Shown here in pieces: positions 22,659-32,552 of a DNA stretch of 41,060 nt (its first letter is position 1; each line of letters opens with the position of its first letter). The DNA is from a virus. The translations under genes were made by a program, and so were the position numbers. Location of the stretch: IMG/VR virus record IMGVR_UViG_3300023181_000018, positions 1 through 41,060 of that record. One strand, written 5' to 3'. Under the pieces are notes generated by a model. That model was given only the letters and a program-made list of their open reading frames with translations, was not told where the DNA came from and made no database searches.

Positions 22659-25602
22659 TTTCCATTATTTGTCTATTGTCCGATAAATTTGTAAGTCCTT
22701 TTTCAGAACCCGAAGCTGTGCCACGTTCAGCTCCTATCTGAACCGCATCAGCTATCATTTCAGCCATTGCCTGATTGTTTGCAGTATTCGTTAATTCATT
22801 CTGAACAAATGAACTTCCGCTTGCCGAGAATCCTGAAACGCCAGCACTTGCTAAATTAGAAGCTCCTATTGCCCTTTGCTGTGATTCATTCAATATTGCC
22901 TCTCCACGTTTGGCGGCAATCAAAACATTATCTCCGTTTGCTCTTGATATTGGCAAACCGTCAACAATCTTACCCCCTAAAGCGTATCCAGGTGCTTTAG
23001 CTACCGTTGGCTCTTTTGTTGCAACAATTTTCTTAACATTTGCAAGTCCAGCAACAACCGCCGCTCCCGCCGCTATTCCTCCAAGTACAGGACCCACAAC
23101 AGGAATACCCGCCATTGCTGAATAAGCAGAAGTTGCCGCCTTATATGTGTCAATCGTTGCCTGTGCAACTGCAACAGCTTTTCCTGCAGCGCTTTCCTTT
23201 CCTAATATTGATGCAAGGTTATTAAGCGTGTTTGATGCCAATTGCAATTTGTTGTCCTGAACATCCTTTTCAATTGCTTTCTTCTTTAAAGCCTCTGCCT
23301 GTTCAAAGGCAAGAATATCAGCTCCGTTCTTAACTGCCTGTGCTTTTCGTTCGGCATACTCACGATTATAACGTTCCATCTGCAAAGCAAGGTCATATTC
23401 AAAACGCTCTGCATTTAGTTCATCCTGAATAATTAAATCTGCCGCCTGTTGGTCTTTTTTAGCCTGTTCCCTTGTAGATTCGGCTTCTTCATTAGCTATC
23501 CTTTGATTCTCGTCAATTGTTGCAATGGCAAGGTTATATTCCTGTGCTGAAATTAAACCGTTCTGTAATTTTAATGTCTGCTGTTGCGCTTCGGCTTCGG
23601 CAATCTTATTTATGCGCTCTAATTCCTGATTATAAAGTTCATCACTAAAGAATTGGTTTTCATCAATCTTCCTTTGGTTGTTTAACTTGAAAAGTTCAAA
23701 CTCAATATTTGCATTTTCAATAGTGGCTTCAATCTGTTTTGATGCAAATTCATTCTGTATTTCAAGATTGGCAAGTTCAAACTCACGCCTCGTAAGTTTC
23801 TTTGCATCATATTCAGCCTTATTTATGGCTAAAGACTGTCGCATTACTTCGCTGTCAATGGCTAATTGGTCTTCCATTGACTTCTTGCGTTCGCCTTGGC
23901 TTTCAATATATAAATCAAGTTCTGTCTGCATTGCCTTTATAGAAGCCTCCATTCTTTTTTTAGCATCCTCGATTGCCTTTTCTTGGCGTTTTGCTTCTTC
24001 CTCTGCTATTTTTTTGGCTTCTGCCTCCTGTTTTTCAATCTGTTGGTTTCTTTTGTTTTGTATCTTTTCCTGTTCGGCCGTTGACCTGTTGTATATTTCA
24101 ATCTTTGTATTTTCTGCATCCTCAATTAATTTTACTTCTTCCTCCGTAATCTTACCCTGATTCAATAATTTAAGAGCGTACGCAGTACCAATCCTTTGAA
24201 GGTCTTTAACTTCCTTTTCCGTAAGTTGTCCGGCTATCCTTGAAGCCTCAATTGCCGTTTCGGTCTGCTCCTGTGAAAGCTTCTTATTCTGTTTGAAGTT
24301 GTCTTGGTTTATCTTTTCTGCCTTGTTTAATAAATCGATTCTTTCCTGCTCTGATTTTGCTCTGTCCTTTGCCTGTAATAGCAATCTATTTATTTCCCCC
24401 TCCTGTCTTTTATTGGCAACCGATTGAATCCTTTGTGCATCTTCCAACTCTTGTTGGCGTTCTTTAAGGTCTGCCGCCGCACTTGCCGCCTCTCCCATTG
24501 CGCCTGCCAAATCCTTTAAACTTCCAATAGGGTCGCTTAAAAATTTACCCAAGTTCTGCAAGGATGAAAATATTGAAACCAAAGCCTGTTGGAAAACACG
24601 AACCGCCGCACCTACTGCTGAAAATGCCTGTTCCAAAGCATCCACAACTGGATCGAATGTTTTAAAGTAACCAATCAGCAAAACAACTGCACCGATAATC
24701 AAACCTATTCCAGTTGCCGCTAAAGCCAATGTAAAAACACGTGCCGCACCTGTAGCGATATTCAAACCACCAGCTAAAGCCTTTTGAGCTATTGTTAATT
24801 GCTGTGTTCCTTCTGCTGTATTTGTTGCCTGTGTTCCTGCTGTCTGAGTACTTGAGCCAAATATGTTCATTTGGTTTATGGTATTCTTTATGTCGGCATT
24901 TAGGGTATTGAAAACAGGCGAAAAGCTTTGAAATATCTGTGTAACACCTTGCAATTTGCCTCCAAATAATCCAGTTTGCAATATTCCCTCTTTAACTCCT
25001 GATGTATAGTCGCCTATGCCTATCTTTTGTCTTTCATAAGCTGATGAATTATTTTTTATAAATGCATTATTCTCATCAAGCCTCTTGTTTAATTGGCTTA
25101 ATAATTCAGCTTCCTCTTTTATTTCTGGATTTAATTGGTTTGCAACCCTTAATAATTCTGTATTGCTTGCCCTTGCGCTGTTTTTATTGGTTATTTGTGT
25201 TTGTAAGGCTTTATTACCCGCTTCAATTAAAGTGGTTTGCTGTGCCTCTGCATTCATATAAGCCTTTAACTGTGTAGTTGTGGCTGTTATTTCCTGCCTA
25301 ACCCTGCCTTGAGAAATTATTACGTTCTGCTGATTCTTGTACAGCTGTTTTTCAGCCTCGTTCAAATCAACCAAAAGTTTTTCATTTTGCTTGTATTCTT
25401 CAGATAGTTCTTCTCCTGAACCAATTAACCTCAATTGCTCTTTTGTCAAATCAGAAGTAGCCTTTTGAACGGCTTTCATCTGTTCTGTATATTCCTGATT
25501 CTCTTTTTTTAACGCGAACATTGTATCCTGCAAGGCGTTCAAACTGCTTTCAAGTTTTGCCGTGTCAAATTGGAACGTTGCTAAATTTATTTCTTCTTCC
25601 AT
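22645..25602 (-). CDS. tape-measure-like protein (985 aa)
   Basis: Very long Ala/Glu/Lys/Gln coiled-coil regions. Central hydrophobic segment LALAATGIGLIIGAVVLLIGYF and a C-terminal glycine-zipper IPVVGPVLGGIAAGAAVVAGL. It is the largest gene in the window. Confidence 0.6.
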   Translation of the reverse strand: MEEEINLATFQFDTAKLESSLNALQDTMFALKKENQEYTEQMKAVQKATSDLTKEQLRLIGSGEELSEEYKQNEKLLVDLNEAEKQLYKNQQNVIISQGRVRQEITATTTQLKAYMNAEAQQTTLIEAGNKALQTQITNKNSARASNTELLRVANQLNPEIKEEAELLSQLNKRLDENNAFIKNNSSAYERQKIGIGDYTSGVKEGILQTGLFGGKLQGVTQIFQSFSPVFNTLNADIKNTINQMNIFGSSTQTAGTQATNTAEGTQQLTIAQKALAGGLNIATGAARVFTLALAATGIGLIIGAVVLLIGYFKTFDPVVDALEQAFSAVGAAVRVFQQALVSIFSSLQNLGKFLSDPIGSLKDLAGAMGEAASAAADLKERQQELEDAQRIQSVANKRQEGEINRLLLQAKDRAKSEQERIDLLNKAEKINQDNFKQNKKLSQEQTETAIEASRIAGQLTEKEVKDLQRIGTAYALKLLNQGKITEEEVKLIEDAENTKIEIYNRSTAEQEKIQNKRNQQIEKQEAEAKKIAEEEAKRQEKAIEDAKKRMEASIKAMQTELDLYIESQGERKKSMEDQLAIDSEVMRQSLAINKAEYDAKKLTRREFELANLEIQNEFASKQIEATIENANIEFELFKLNNQRKIDENQFFSDELYNQELERINKIAEAEAQQQTLKLQNGLISAQEYNLAIATIDENQRIANEEAESTREQAKKDQQAADLIIQDELNAERFEYDLALQMERYNREYAERKAQAVKNGADILAFEQAEALKKKAIEKDVQDNKLQLASNTLNNLASILGKESAAGKAVAVAQATIDTYKAATSAYSAMAGIPVVGPVLGGIAAGAAVVAGLANVKKIVATKEPTVAKAPGYALGGKIVDGLPISRANGDNVLIAAKRGEAILNESQQRAIGASNLASAGVSGFSASGSSFVQNELTNTANNQAMAEMIADAVQIGAERGTASGSEKGLTNLSDNRQIMENAKF

Positions 25603-25603
25603 C

Positions 25604-27535
25604 TTATTGATTTATTCTGACGAACTCGCCTGTTTGTGTTTCTCCATCCTGATATGGAAGTTTGTTTAAAATATAGAATCCTGCTTCCTGTTTGAAATAA
25701 TACGCACGCGTAAGGTCTAGATTTAATATTTCTTCAAGTCCTATTGCAATCTCTATATCATGGCTTCTAAAGTTGTTGAATATCTTTTCGTATGCTGAAA
25801 AGTTTTCACTTATCAATTGACCCAAAAGCGTTCTTTCAGTTGTCGCAAAATGTATCTGTTCAACTATATCTTCATCCGGTACTATTTCGCTCTTTAATTT
25901 CCACGCCCTATCCGTTACAGTGTTTCTTCTGATAAGATAGAAACGGTTATCCATTTTCTTGTATTCAATAATAGGATCTCCATCATCACCCTCTGAAAGT
26001 TCTTTTGTGAACATAGGCAATATTGCTGTTGAAATCCTTGCCCCCGATATTGGTCTGAATTCTGTAGTACCATCTATCGGGGAATACATCAAGGAAGTGG
26101 CTAATGTTTTTTCCTCTTCAATGTTTTTGTTGTTAACGTTTATGATACCGTCGTTGATATTTTCGTAACCATCGTTATACTTCATCTTGAACAGATTCTT
26201 TTGTGCGTAGCTGTTCTTTAGGTAGATCTCTTTCTTACGCCTAACATATTTATCAGTCCAATCGATTGCATTTTGCGTATCTATCCTTTGTGATATTGGA
26301 ATGAATGTTATCTTCTTGGTGATGTTGTCGGCAAATGGCGTTAGTCCTGTCCTGTAAAGCATTTCCTTGAAAAAGTCTTTTATCTTGAATGTCTTAAATG
26401 CGTTTGATGGGTTTACATCCCCCTGTGTTACCCTTGAAAATTGAAATACAGTTGAATTATGCCTAAAGCTGTTCAGCACCTTATAATCAAATCCTGTTCC
26501 GTAGCTGAATACCGTTACGTACATCAATATAGATATTTGATCCCCTGCCTGAAGGAATATGTTAAGTTGTCTTTGAACAGGTTCATTTGGATTTGTTTCA
26601 AATGATATTATTGTTTCCCCATTCTTATAAACATCAACTATACATGGTCTGTAAGCATCACCGAAAGTTGTGTATAAAGCATAAGCCTCAACGCTTATAT
26701 CCAATGTATAGGTGTCTGTTTGCTGAATCGAATAAATCCTATCGTTTACAAGTGCCCCCTCTGTAATTGTTGATGAATCCCAATTCTGTTCTGAAGGAAT
26801 ATAGTATTTGCTACCCTGCTGTAGAAACTGATTAGAACTCCAAGACTCTTTGTTCAAAGTAGCTATCAAATCAGAATCTGTACTTTCAAATAAAGGAGGT
26901 GTTGGATAGGTAATAAAAAGTCCATCCATGAAGTTATCAAGTTCCTCCGATTCATAAGTATATCCGAACGTTGAAAATATAAGTTCCATAATCTTCTTTA
27001 CGCTGAAAGAAGGAACAAGATAATCTATGTTTATTGCGTACTCCGTAGGAAAGAAACTCACTATAAAGTTCTTTGCCCCAAAGTCAGCCACAATGTAATT
27101 ATAATATTCATTGTCGAATGAGTTTATTATGGTTTCCATTGATTTGGTATGCTGGAAATTTGAAAGATCCAAATCTACTCCAAGTGTCTTGTTTTCTATT
27201 GCTTTAAAAAAATCTACCATTCCATCAATTATGGATATCCTGTAAACTTCCGTTGTATCTGAAACATTAAGCCAACCTTCGGTTATCAAATCAAAACCTT
27301 GATTCCTTACGGTAACTGGTATCTTTGTATATGGAATTGTAGATTGGTCCCCAACTATTCCAAGATGTTCAAATATCTCTGTGTTTTTTGGTGTCTTTGG
27401 TATGTTGAATGAATTTGTATAGGAAGATGAAACCGAAGCAATATCAAAGACATCCGCTATCTGCCTGGTGTATTTGATATCTTGACCCTTTTTTAAAAGC
27501 TCAATTGATTTTCCATTTATGATTAATTCGACCAT
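25604..27535 (-). CDS. tail/baseplate structural protein (643 aa)
   Basis: Beta-rich, Asn/Ser/Thr/Tyr-rich composition. The start 1 nt before it belongs to the tape-measure-like gene. No catalytic motif seen. Confidence 0.5.
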   Translation of the reverse strand: MVELIINGKSIELLKKGQDIKYTRQIADVFDIASVSSSYTNSFNIPKTPKNTEIFEHLGIVGDQSTIPYTKIPVTVRNQGFDLITEGWLNVSDTTEVYRISIIDGMVDFFKAIENKTLGVDLDLSNFQHTKSMETIINSFDNEYYNYIVADFGAKNFIVSFFPTEYAINIDYLVPSFSVKKIMELIFSTFGYTYESEELDNFMDGLFITYPTPPLFESTDSDLIATLNKESWSSNQFLQQGSKYYIPSEQNWDSSTITEGALVNDRIYSIQQTDTYTLDISVEAYALYTTFGDAYRPCIVDVYKNGETIISFETNPNEPVQRQLNIFLQAGDQISILMYVTVFSYGTGFDYKVLNSFRHNSTVFQFSRVTQGDVNPSNAFKTFKIKDFFKEMLYRTGLTPFADNITKKITFIPISQRIDTQNAIDWTDKYVRRKKEIYLKNSYAQKNLFKMKYNDGYENINDGIINVNNKNIEEEKTLATSLMYSPIDGTTEFRPISGARISTAILPMFTKELSEGDDGDPIIEYKKMDNRFYLIRRNTVTDRAWKLKSEIVPDEDIVEQIHFATTERTLLGQLISENFSAYEKIFNNFRSHDIEIAIGLEEILNLDLTRAYYFKQEAGFYILNKLPYQDGETQTGEFVRINQ

Positions 27536-28761
27536 AGCAAACTTGGATTGTATCTGTTTTCAATATCGAATTTAGCCTTTACCGCATAGGCTCTTTTAGC
27601 GGGTTCGTAATCAGAAGTATTCTTTCCTGAAGAAACCCTTTTCCATCTTAGATCCTGCCAAACATATATTTCAGGACTTACGAATAAATCCTTTATAAGT
27701 CCATAATATTCCTGTGGTACTTTAGAATAAACATTAATTGAATTATCAACTTCATTTCCTAAATCTTCAATGTTGTTATCCCTTACGAATGCACCAAGGT
27801 TTGAATTTGTTTCGGGGTTTGAATAGCTTTCAAATAGCCAATTTGAATAGCCACCTTTTTGATTTAGATATCTAAAGTAAATATTGTTGCATCCCTTTAC
27901 CCTCCTAAAGTCTTTTAAGGCTAATTCAACCTGCGCAAATGGTCTTATTTGAATAGTACCATCAACATCAAGGAAATATTCATCTGTCGGGAATCCATCC
28001 CATATAGGCAATTTAATTGATGGTCTTAATATTGTTCCTAACGGTATGTTTTGGTTTGTCAGTTCCGTTCTATTCCCCCCTCGTATGAAGTTTTTAACTA
28101 TGGTTGCCATATGTATCAAGATATTTCCATTATACGCTTGTATGTTTATCTGGAATCTGTTTTGATTCCTTATATTAGGATAGTCAAACAATGATTTTAA
28201 TATTGGCTGAATGTTTGGATTTGCTTTTGAATTGCTTGTATATAACACAAATGTCCTTGTAAACTTTCCATTGTTTAAATTGGTAAGTGTCAAGCTATAT
28301 CTTGTAATCTCTTCAGGTACTGACATACCCAATAATATTTCATTGTTTATTAAATAATTATCGCTTTCTATTCCTGATACGGTTATACCTTCGTTTCTTG
28401 TTATTTCGAAATCGACCAAAGCATTTTGACCCTCTTGATAGCTAGATGTTCCCCCGCTAAATGTAATATCATCGTTATCTGATGTTATTATAACAAAAGA
28501 AGAACTTCTACCTGTTGTTATACTAATTGGATATAATGGCTGATCTATTTCGAAAGCATCTTTAAAAGCATCTGCAGAAGGGAATCCTGTAGGTATTGTA
28601 GCTGTTGATTTTGTGACCTCGTAAGGATTTGACCTTAATACAACCCAGGTAAAGGTTAATGGACTTTCAATCCCTGTACTTACCTGTTTAAAGTTAAAGG
28701 AAACCGTACTGCCAACAATAAGGTTTTGACGAAATGTTATCTTTAATTTGCTAACTGCCAT
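27523..28761 (-). CDS. tail structural protein (412 aa)
   Basis: Beta-rich composition, overlapping both neighbours in the tail block. Confidence 0.5.
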   Translation of the reverse strand: MAVSKLKITFRQNLIVGSTVSFNFKQVSTGIESPLTFTWVVLRSNPYEVTKSTATIPTGFPSADAFKDAFEIDQPLYPISITTGRSSSFVIITSDNDDITFSGGTSSYQEGQNALVDFEITRNEGITVSGIESDNYLINNEILLGMSVPEEITRYSLTLTNLNNGKFTRTFVLYTSNSKANPNIQPILKSLFDYPNIRNQNRFQINIQAYNGNILIHMATIVKNFIRGGNRTELTNQNIPLGTILRPSIKLPIWDGFPTDEYFLDVDGTIQIRPFAQVELALKDFRRVKGCNNIYFRYLNQKGGYSNWLFESYSNPETNSNLGAFVRDNNIEDLGNEVDNSINVYSKVPQEYYGLIKDLFVSPEIYVWQDLRWKRVSSGKNTSDYEPAKRAYAVKAKFDIENRYNPSLLWSN

Positions 28762-29221
28762 TTTTGAAAGTATTTTTTAAACGCCTTTTAATTTCTGATT
28801 GTAATTGACCTGATATGTTTTCGCCTATTCGGGTGTAAATGAATTGTGTTACTTCTTTGCTTTGCAAAACTTCCAACAAATCCGTTCCGCTTGGATAGTA
28901 ATCTGTTCCTTCTTTTGCTATCTTGTTTTGAATTGCGTAAGCTATTCCTATTCCCTCACGTCCGGACTTGCCTAACTTTTGTTGAACCCAATTTATCAAT
29001 GGAGTAATTGGTGGTTTATTTCCTCCTGCACGTCCATTAACCAAGTAATACGTATAATCTTTTCCTTTTATGTATCCTGTTCCGTTTACTACTTCAACAC
29101 GCAAAGCATTAATCCAACTCCCCGAAGCGTTCATTCCTAGCGAAAGGAATTTAGGTATAAGGAAGGTATCTACAACCTCCTGCAATGTTTGGGTTAATAA
29201 TTCATCAGATACGGTTATCAT
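28751..29221 (-). CDS. virion morphogenesis protein (neck / tail-completion-like, tentative)
   Basis: 156 aa. Support is position between the head-tail genes and the tail block, plus only a weak resemblance to HK97 gp10-like proteins. Confidence 0.4.
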   Translation of the reverse strand: MITVSDELLTQTLQEVVDTFLIPKFLSLGMNASGSWINALRVEVVNGTGYIKGKDYTYYLVNGRAGGNKPPITPLINWVQQKLGKSGREGIGIAYAIQNKIAKEGTDYYPSGTDLLEVLQSKEVTQFIYTRIGENISGQLQSEIKRRLKNTFKNGS

Positions 29222-29277
29222 TCGTTGCCATTAAATATTACTATCAACATAAATAATAAAAATAAAACCATTGCCAT
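29218..29277 (-). CDS. possible 19-aa hydrophobic micro-ORF
   Basis: MAMVLFLLFMLIVIFNGNE. It exactly fills the 58-nt gap, and its TGA overlaps the next ATG (ATGA). Confidence 0.3.
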   Translation of the reverse strand: MAMVLFLLFMLIVIFNGNE

Positions 29278-29279
29278 AA

Positions 29280-29786
29280 TCAATTATTTTTTTGAAACGT
29301 TACACTAATCCTGTAACCAACATAATTACTATTTTGAAAATTTATAACTTGCTGTCCTGACCATTGCGTAATCTTATAAGGCGTACCCAAGAACTCGCAA
29401 AAGTCTAAATTGGCATCACACTTCATGCATTCCTCAATGATGCTTAATTTGGTTTCCCAAACGCTTTCTGATGTTGGATGACCTTTAATTTCGTTGTACA
29501 TATTCAATCCTAATTTAGAATCGAATAAAACCAATAATTGAAATGAAGTGTTACAACTTTGAGTTCTCAATAATTGTGTGGTTGTATCGTAATTGTTGGT
29601 TGTTGAAAATGCCGTAACGTTTTGACGCAACAGCATCACTTTAACACAACATTCTTTTCCTGCTGTTGGTTGTACTATGTTGGTCGCACTTTCAATTAAT
29701 GGAGCCGAGAAATCCCAACACAAACCGCATTTGTTTTCGGTGTTCCATTTATCTACTTGTTGCTGAAAAAAATTAACTATATCCAT
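29280..29786 (-). CDS. hypothetical structural-module protein (168 aa)
   Basis: ATG ORF with a TAATG overlap with the upstream gene. Confidence 0.65.
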   Translation of the reverse strand: MDIVNFFQQQVDKWNTENKCGLCWDFSAPLIESATNIVQPTAGKECCVKVMLLRQNVTAFSTTNNYDTTTQLLRTQSCNTSFQLLVLFDSKLGLNMYNEIKGHPTSESVWETKLSIIEECMKCDANLDFCEFLGTPYKITQWSGQQVINFQNSNYVGYRISVTFQKNN

Positions 29787-29983
29787 TAGTTTAATGATAT
29801 TTTAAAATCAATATTTTTAAAGTTTTCAAATGGATAATATTTGCAAAACAAAAAACAGCTAATATAATCTACGCAATTGTAGCTATGATACACTTTCATT
29901 TTGGCAGCCGAAAACGATTTGTTTTCTTTTAACTGTTTTGTGAAGCTTACATTTCCGAATACATCCCTTGATAAGTTATCCAT
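29786..29983 (-). CDS. hypothetical protein (65 aa)
   Basis: ATG ORF, tightly coupled downstream. Confidence 0.5.
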   Translation of the reverse strand: MDNLSRDVFGNVSFTKQLKENKSFSAAKMKVYHSYNCVDYISCFLFCKYYPFENFKNIDFKISLN

Positions 29984-29987
29984 AGCT

Positions 29988-30110
29988 TTATATTTTAACT
30001 TCTTTTAAAGTCATTACTTTTTGATTTGTGCCTTTAATTGAAATTGATTTGAATTTATATTTTTTAGCTTTCAATACCTTGGTTCCGAAAATGATTTCTT
30101 TATTTTCCAT
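29988..30110 (-). CDS. small basic ORF (40 aa), not in ORF track
   Basis: Hand translation MENKEIIFGTKVLKAKKYKFKSISIKGTNQKVMTLKEVKI. The ATG lies 2 nt after the upstream stop, and the stop lies 4 nt before the next ATG. Confidence 0.45.
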   Translation of the reverse strand: MENKEIIFGTKVLKAKKYKFKSISIKGTNQKVMTLKEVKI

Positions 30111-30112
30111 AA

Positions 30113-30655
30113 TTATCTTGTTTTACTTGATTGTTGCTTTGCTAACTTCTTTTGAATCTTTGCTTCAATTATTGACTTCCATTGTTTGTCGAATATGTGA
30201 CCGTATTTCATTTTCCAAATTTGTTCGTGCTTTGTGATATCTCCACCTGCTAAACTATCAATTACATTCAATAAACCAAATTGATCCAATTCATTTATTC
30301 CTGATGCAAGTAAATCAAAGTTAGGTTCTCCTGATAAATATTGCTGTTCGTGTTTCCCCCATAATTCCAACTCATCCTTAATCCAAAATATGAAATAAAG
30401 CAATTCGTTGTTATCGATAAAATTAACATCGCAATCAAAGAACAATATCCCCCTATCATTAAAAGCCTCAACTATAACCCTTTCAAAGTTACCACTTTTA
30501 AATAATTCTGGAATCCTTTTCTTTACAAATTTAAAAGAAAATTCCGTTAAACTCTCAAAATCGAAATTATTTATTATGGATGAACGTTTTCCGTTTTTCA
30601 TCAAAAACATAAACTGCTCTTCTGAAAGCTTTGATAATGCTAAATTGAAACTCAT
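30113..30655 (-). CDS. hypothetical protein (180 aa) downstream of TerL
   Basis: ATGA overlap with the TerL stop. Confidence 0.7.
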   Translation of the reverse strand: MSFNLALSKLSEEQFMFLMKNGKRSSIINNFDFESLTEFSFKFVKKRIPELFKSGNFERVIVEAFNDRGILFFDCDVNFIDNNELLYFIFWIKDELELWGKHEQQYLSGEPNFDLLASGINELDQFGLLNVIDSLAGGDITKHEQIWKMKYGHIFDKQWKSIIEAKIQKKLAKQQSSKTR

Positions 30656-31971
30656 CTTGGACGGTTTGAATGTGTTGTTGTTGAACGTACTTTTGTTGAT
30701 GGTTTAAGATCGAAATATGCTCGCATCATAATTGAATCCCAATCATCTGTAGAACGTCCTAACATCTCTTTAACTTTGTCCTTTGGAATAACTCCCATCT
30801 TACCATCTTTATCTAAATCCTTTTGCTTTACTTGTTCCATTTCTTCAGATGTCATTTCTACAATTGAACTATCATTAGTAATTTCTCCCGCCTCTCGCAT
30901 CATTATTTTTTTTGCTGTAACAAATGTACATTGAGATTTAAGGTTATCATAATTTTCATCATTCAAAGGTCTTGAGTTATTTATAAATCCTTTGCATTTC
31001 AAATAATCAACTACACCACCGCCAACACCATCCTCATCAGCAATAGTATTTGAGTTTGGAACTTGGTGTTTAATCTGATATTCTTTTGCTTGCTTTACTA
31101 TCTGGTCTATTCCAGATTTAAGTATCTCGTAACGGTGTATGCACAACCAACCGTGCCAAATCCTAAATACTGTTTTGTCTTTTCCTTTTCGAGCAACATC
31201 TATTGTCATATACTTATAACCCGATGGTGTTAAATGAGTAGGGTTGAAATAGTCTGATATTGCATCCTGTTCAATTAAAGTTGCAGGATCGTCGTCGTAT
31301 TCCCAATTACCATAATAAAGCCTTTGCTTACTGTTCTTATCCAATTCTAAAAGAGAAGTTAAATAGCTTTCTGGCAAATGTGGGTTATCTGTTGGCAATG
31401 ACTGAATGAATTTTCGATAAGGCTCAATTGTTTTATCTCGGTTTGGTTTATAAAATTCCTTATAAGTCCAATTCTTCGCAGGGTTGCAAGTTCCAAGCAT
31501 CTTTGGTATAATTCCTAATTCTAATATCTTATAACGTATCCTTGACTTTACTACTTGCCACGCCTTATAGCTTAACTGATTGCATTCGTCAATAAAAGCT
31601 CCTGTAATTTCTAATGAACCCAAGCTGTCAAAGTTTGGATCTGATGGATATAAGAATAAATCCTTTAGTATTATCTCACTACCATTGTTCCAATAGATAA
31701 TATATTTTTGAGCATTGTATTTGAATTGCGAACCTATTCCAAGATTATTCGTTTGCTCAAAGAAAGTGTTTAATGTGGTTTCGGTAAGTGTTTTTAACTT
31801 TGACCTACCCATCAACCACCTTGTATTTGGGTATCGTTGGCACATTTCTATTAACCAAAGGCAACCTAAAGCAGATTTTCCACCTCCTGCCGCACCACCG
31901 TAAAGAATCTCTTTGGTTGAATTATCTTTAAGATAGTAAACGGCGTGTTCTTGTTTTGGCAATAACTTCAT
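30652..31971 (-). CDS. terL: terminase large subunit
   Basis: Walker A LYGGAAGGGKSALG; Walker B/coupling ITGAFIDECNQL; nuclease-domain motif MTIDVARKGKDKTVF. Confidence 0.9.
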   Translation of the reverse strand: MKLLPKQEHAVYYLKDNSTKEILYGGAAGGGKSALGCLWLIEMCQRYPNTRWLMGRSKLKTLTETTLNTFFEQTNNLGIGSQFKYNAQKYIIYWNNGSEIILKDLFLYPSDPNFDSLGSLEITGAFIDECNQLSYKAWQVVKSRIRYKILELGIIPKMLGTCNPAKNWTYKEFYKPNRDKTIEPYRKFIQSLPTDNPHLPESYLTSLLELDKNSKQRLYYGNWEYDDDPATLIEQDAISDYFNPTHLTPSGYKYMTIDVARKGKDKTVFRIWHGWLCIHRYEILKSGIDQIVKQAKEYQIKHQVPNSNTIADEDGVGGGVVDYLKCKGFINNSRPLNDENYDNLKSQCTFVTAKKIMMREAGEITNDSSIVEMTSEEMEQVKQKDLDKDGKMGVIPKDKVKEMLGRSTDDWDSIMMRAYFDLKPSTKVRSTTTHSNRPR

Positions 31972-32081
31972 TTGGAACTTTTAGCGTTACTTTTTATTTA
32001 GTAAATCAAAATATTTTGTCTTAACACGGCAATTTTTGATACAAAATACATTAAATGTTAATTTCAACTAAACCTTAAGCG

Positions 32082-32552
32082 TTATTTTTCTTCTGGATTA
32101 ACTCCAGAACCTAAACTAATAATTGAAATTGGATTGTTTGAATCCCCTTTTAAAGTGGTTTCATTCTTATCTCCGTATTTCAAAGGATTAACTTTAGCCA
32201 AATACCATTTCCTAGCATCTATTTGTAATCGGTTACGATTAATTACATTGTGGTTAACAATATCCCCAGAATCAGTATGAATAATATCTTCTGACTGTTT
32301 ATCGGCAATTGTTAATATTTCTTCAAGCATTTTTTCTTGACGAACCTCGCACGCACGCACGTATCTTTTCGATTTATCTTCTGCTTCCTTTGTCTTAATA
32401 CCTTTTTCGTCTGTTTCTTCTAACCAAATATAGAAAGTGGAACTACTAGGCATTCCGTTTGTATTCAATGCTGAAATCAAAGCATTTCCCTCCTCAATAT
32501 GTTCTATAATCCAATTGAAGCATTCATCTTTTTTTTCTTGTGTGTATGCCAT
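32082..32552 (-). CDS. terS: terminase small subunit (probable)
   Basis: 156 aa, immediately upstream of terL. HTH-like N-terminus (ALISALNTNGMPSSSTFYIWLEE) followed by charged helices. Confidence 0.55.
   Translation of the reverse strand: MAYTQEKKDECFNWIIEHIEEGNALISALNTNGMPSSSTFYIWLEETDEKGIKTKEAEDKSKRYVRACEVRQEKMLEEILTIADKQSEDIIHTDSGDIVNHNVINRNRLQIDARKWYLAKVNPLKYGDKNETTLKGDSNNPISIISLGSGVNPEEK

Noticed and set aside
23678-24160. Plus-strand ORFs antisense to long minus-strand genes (this one, plus 737..940, 2786..3124, 12306..12623, 12790..13314, 14912..15405, 22910..23225, 25062..25277, 30408..30707, 34706..35268, 40577..40861 and others)
   Set aside because: They lie wholly inside well-supported minus-strand genes. 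They have Leu/Ser/Phe/Ile/Cys-rich low-complexity translations typical of shadow frames, and no promoter, terminator or intergenic context.
32348-32361. (CGCA)n-like microsatellite cgcacgcacgcacg
   Set aside because: It has about three units inside terS, encoding ...RACEVR.... It is too short to be a phase-variation tract and shows no frame ambiguity.
32425-32432. Additional TATATTTG octamers inside terS (32425..32432) and the glycosyltransferase gene (33519..33526)
   Set aside because: Both are in-frame codons for Tyr-Ile-Trp (FYIWLEE, DYIWNVF). They are coding coincidences rather than promoters, although weak internal promoter activity cannot be excluded.
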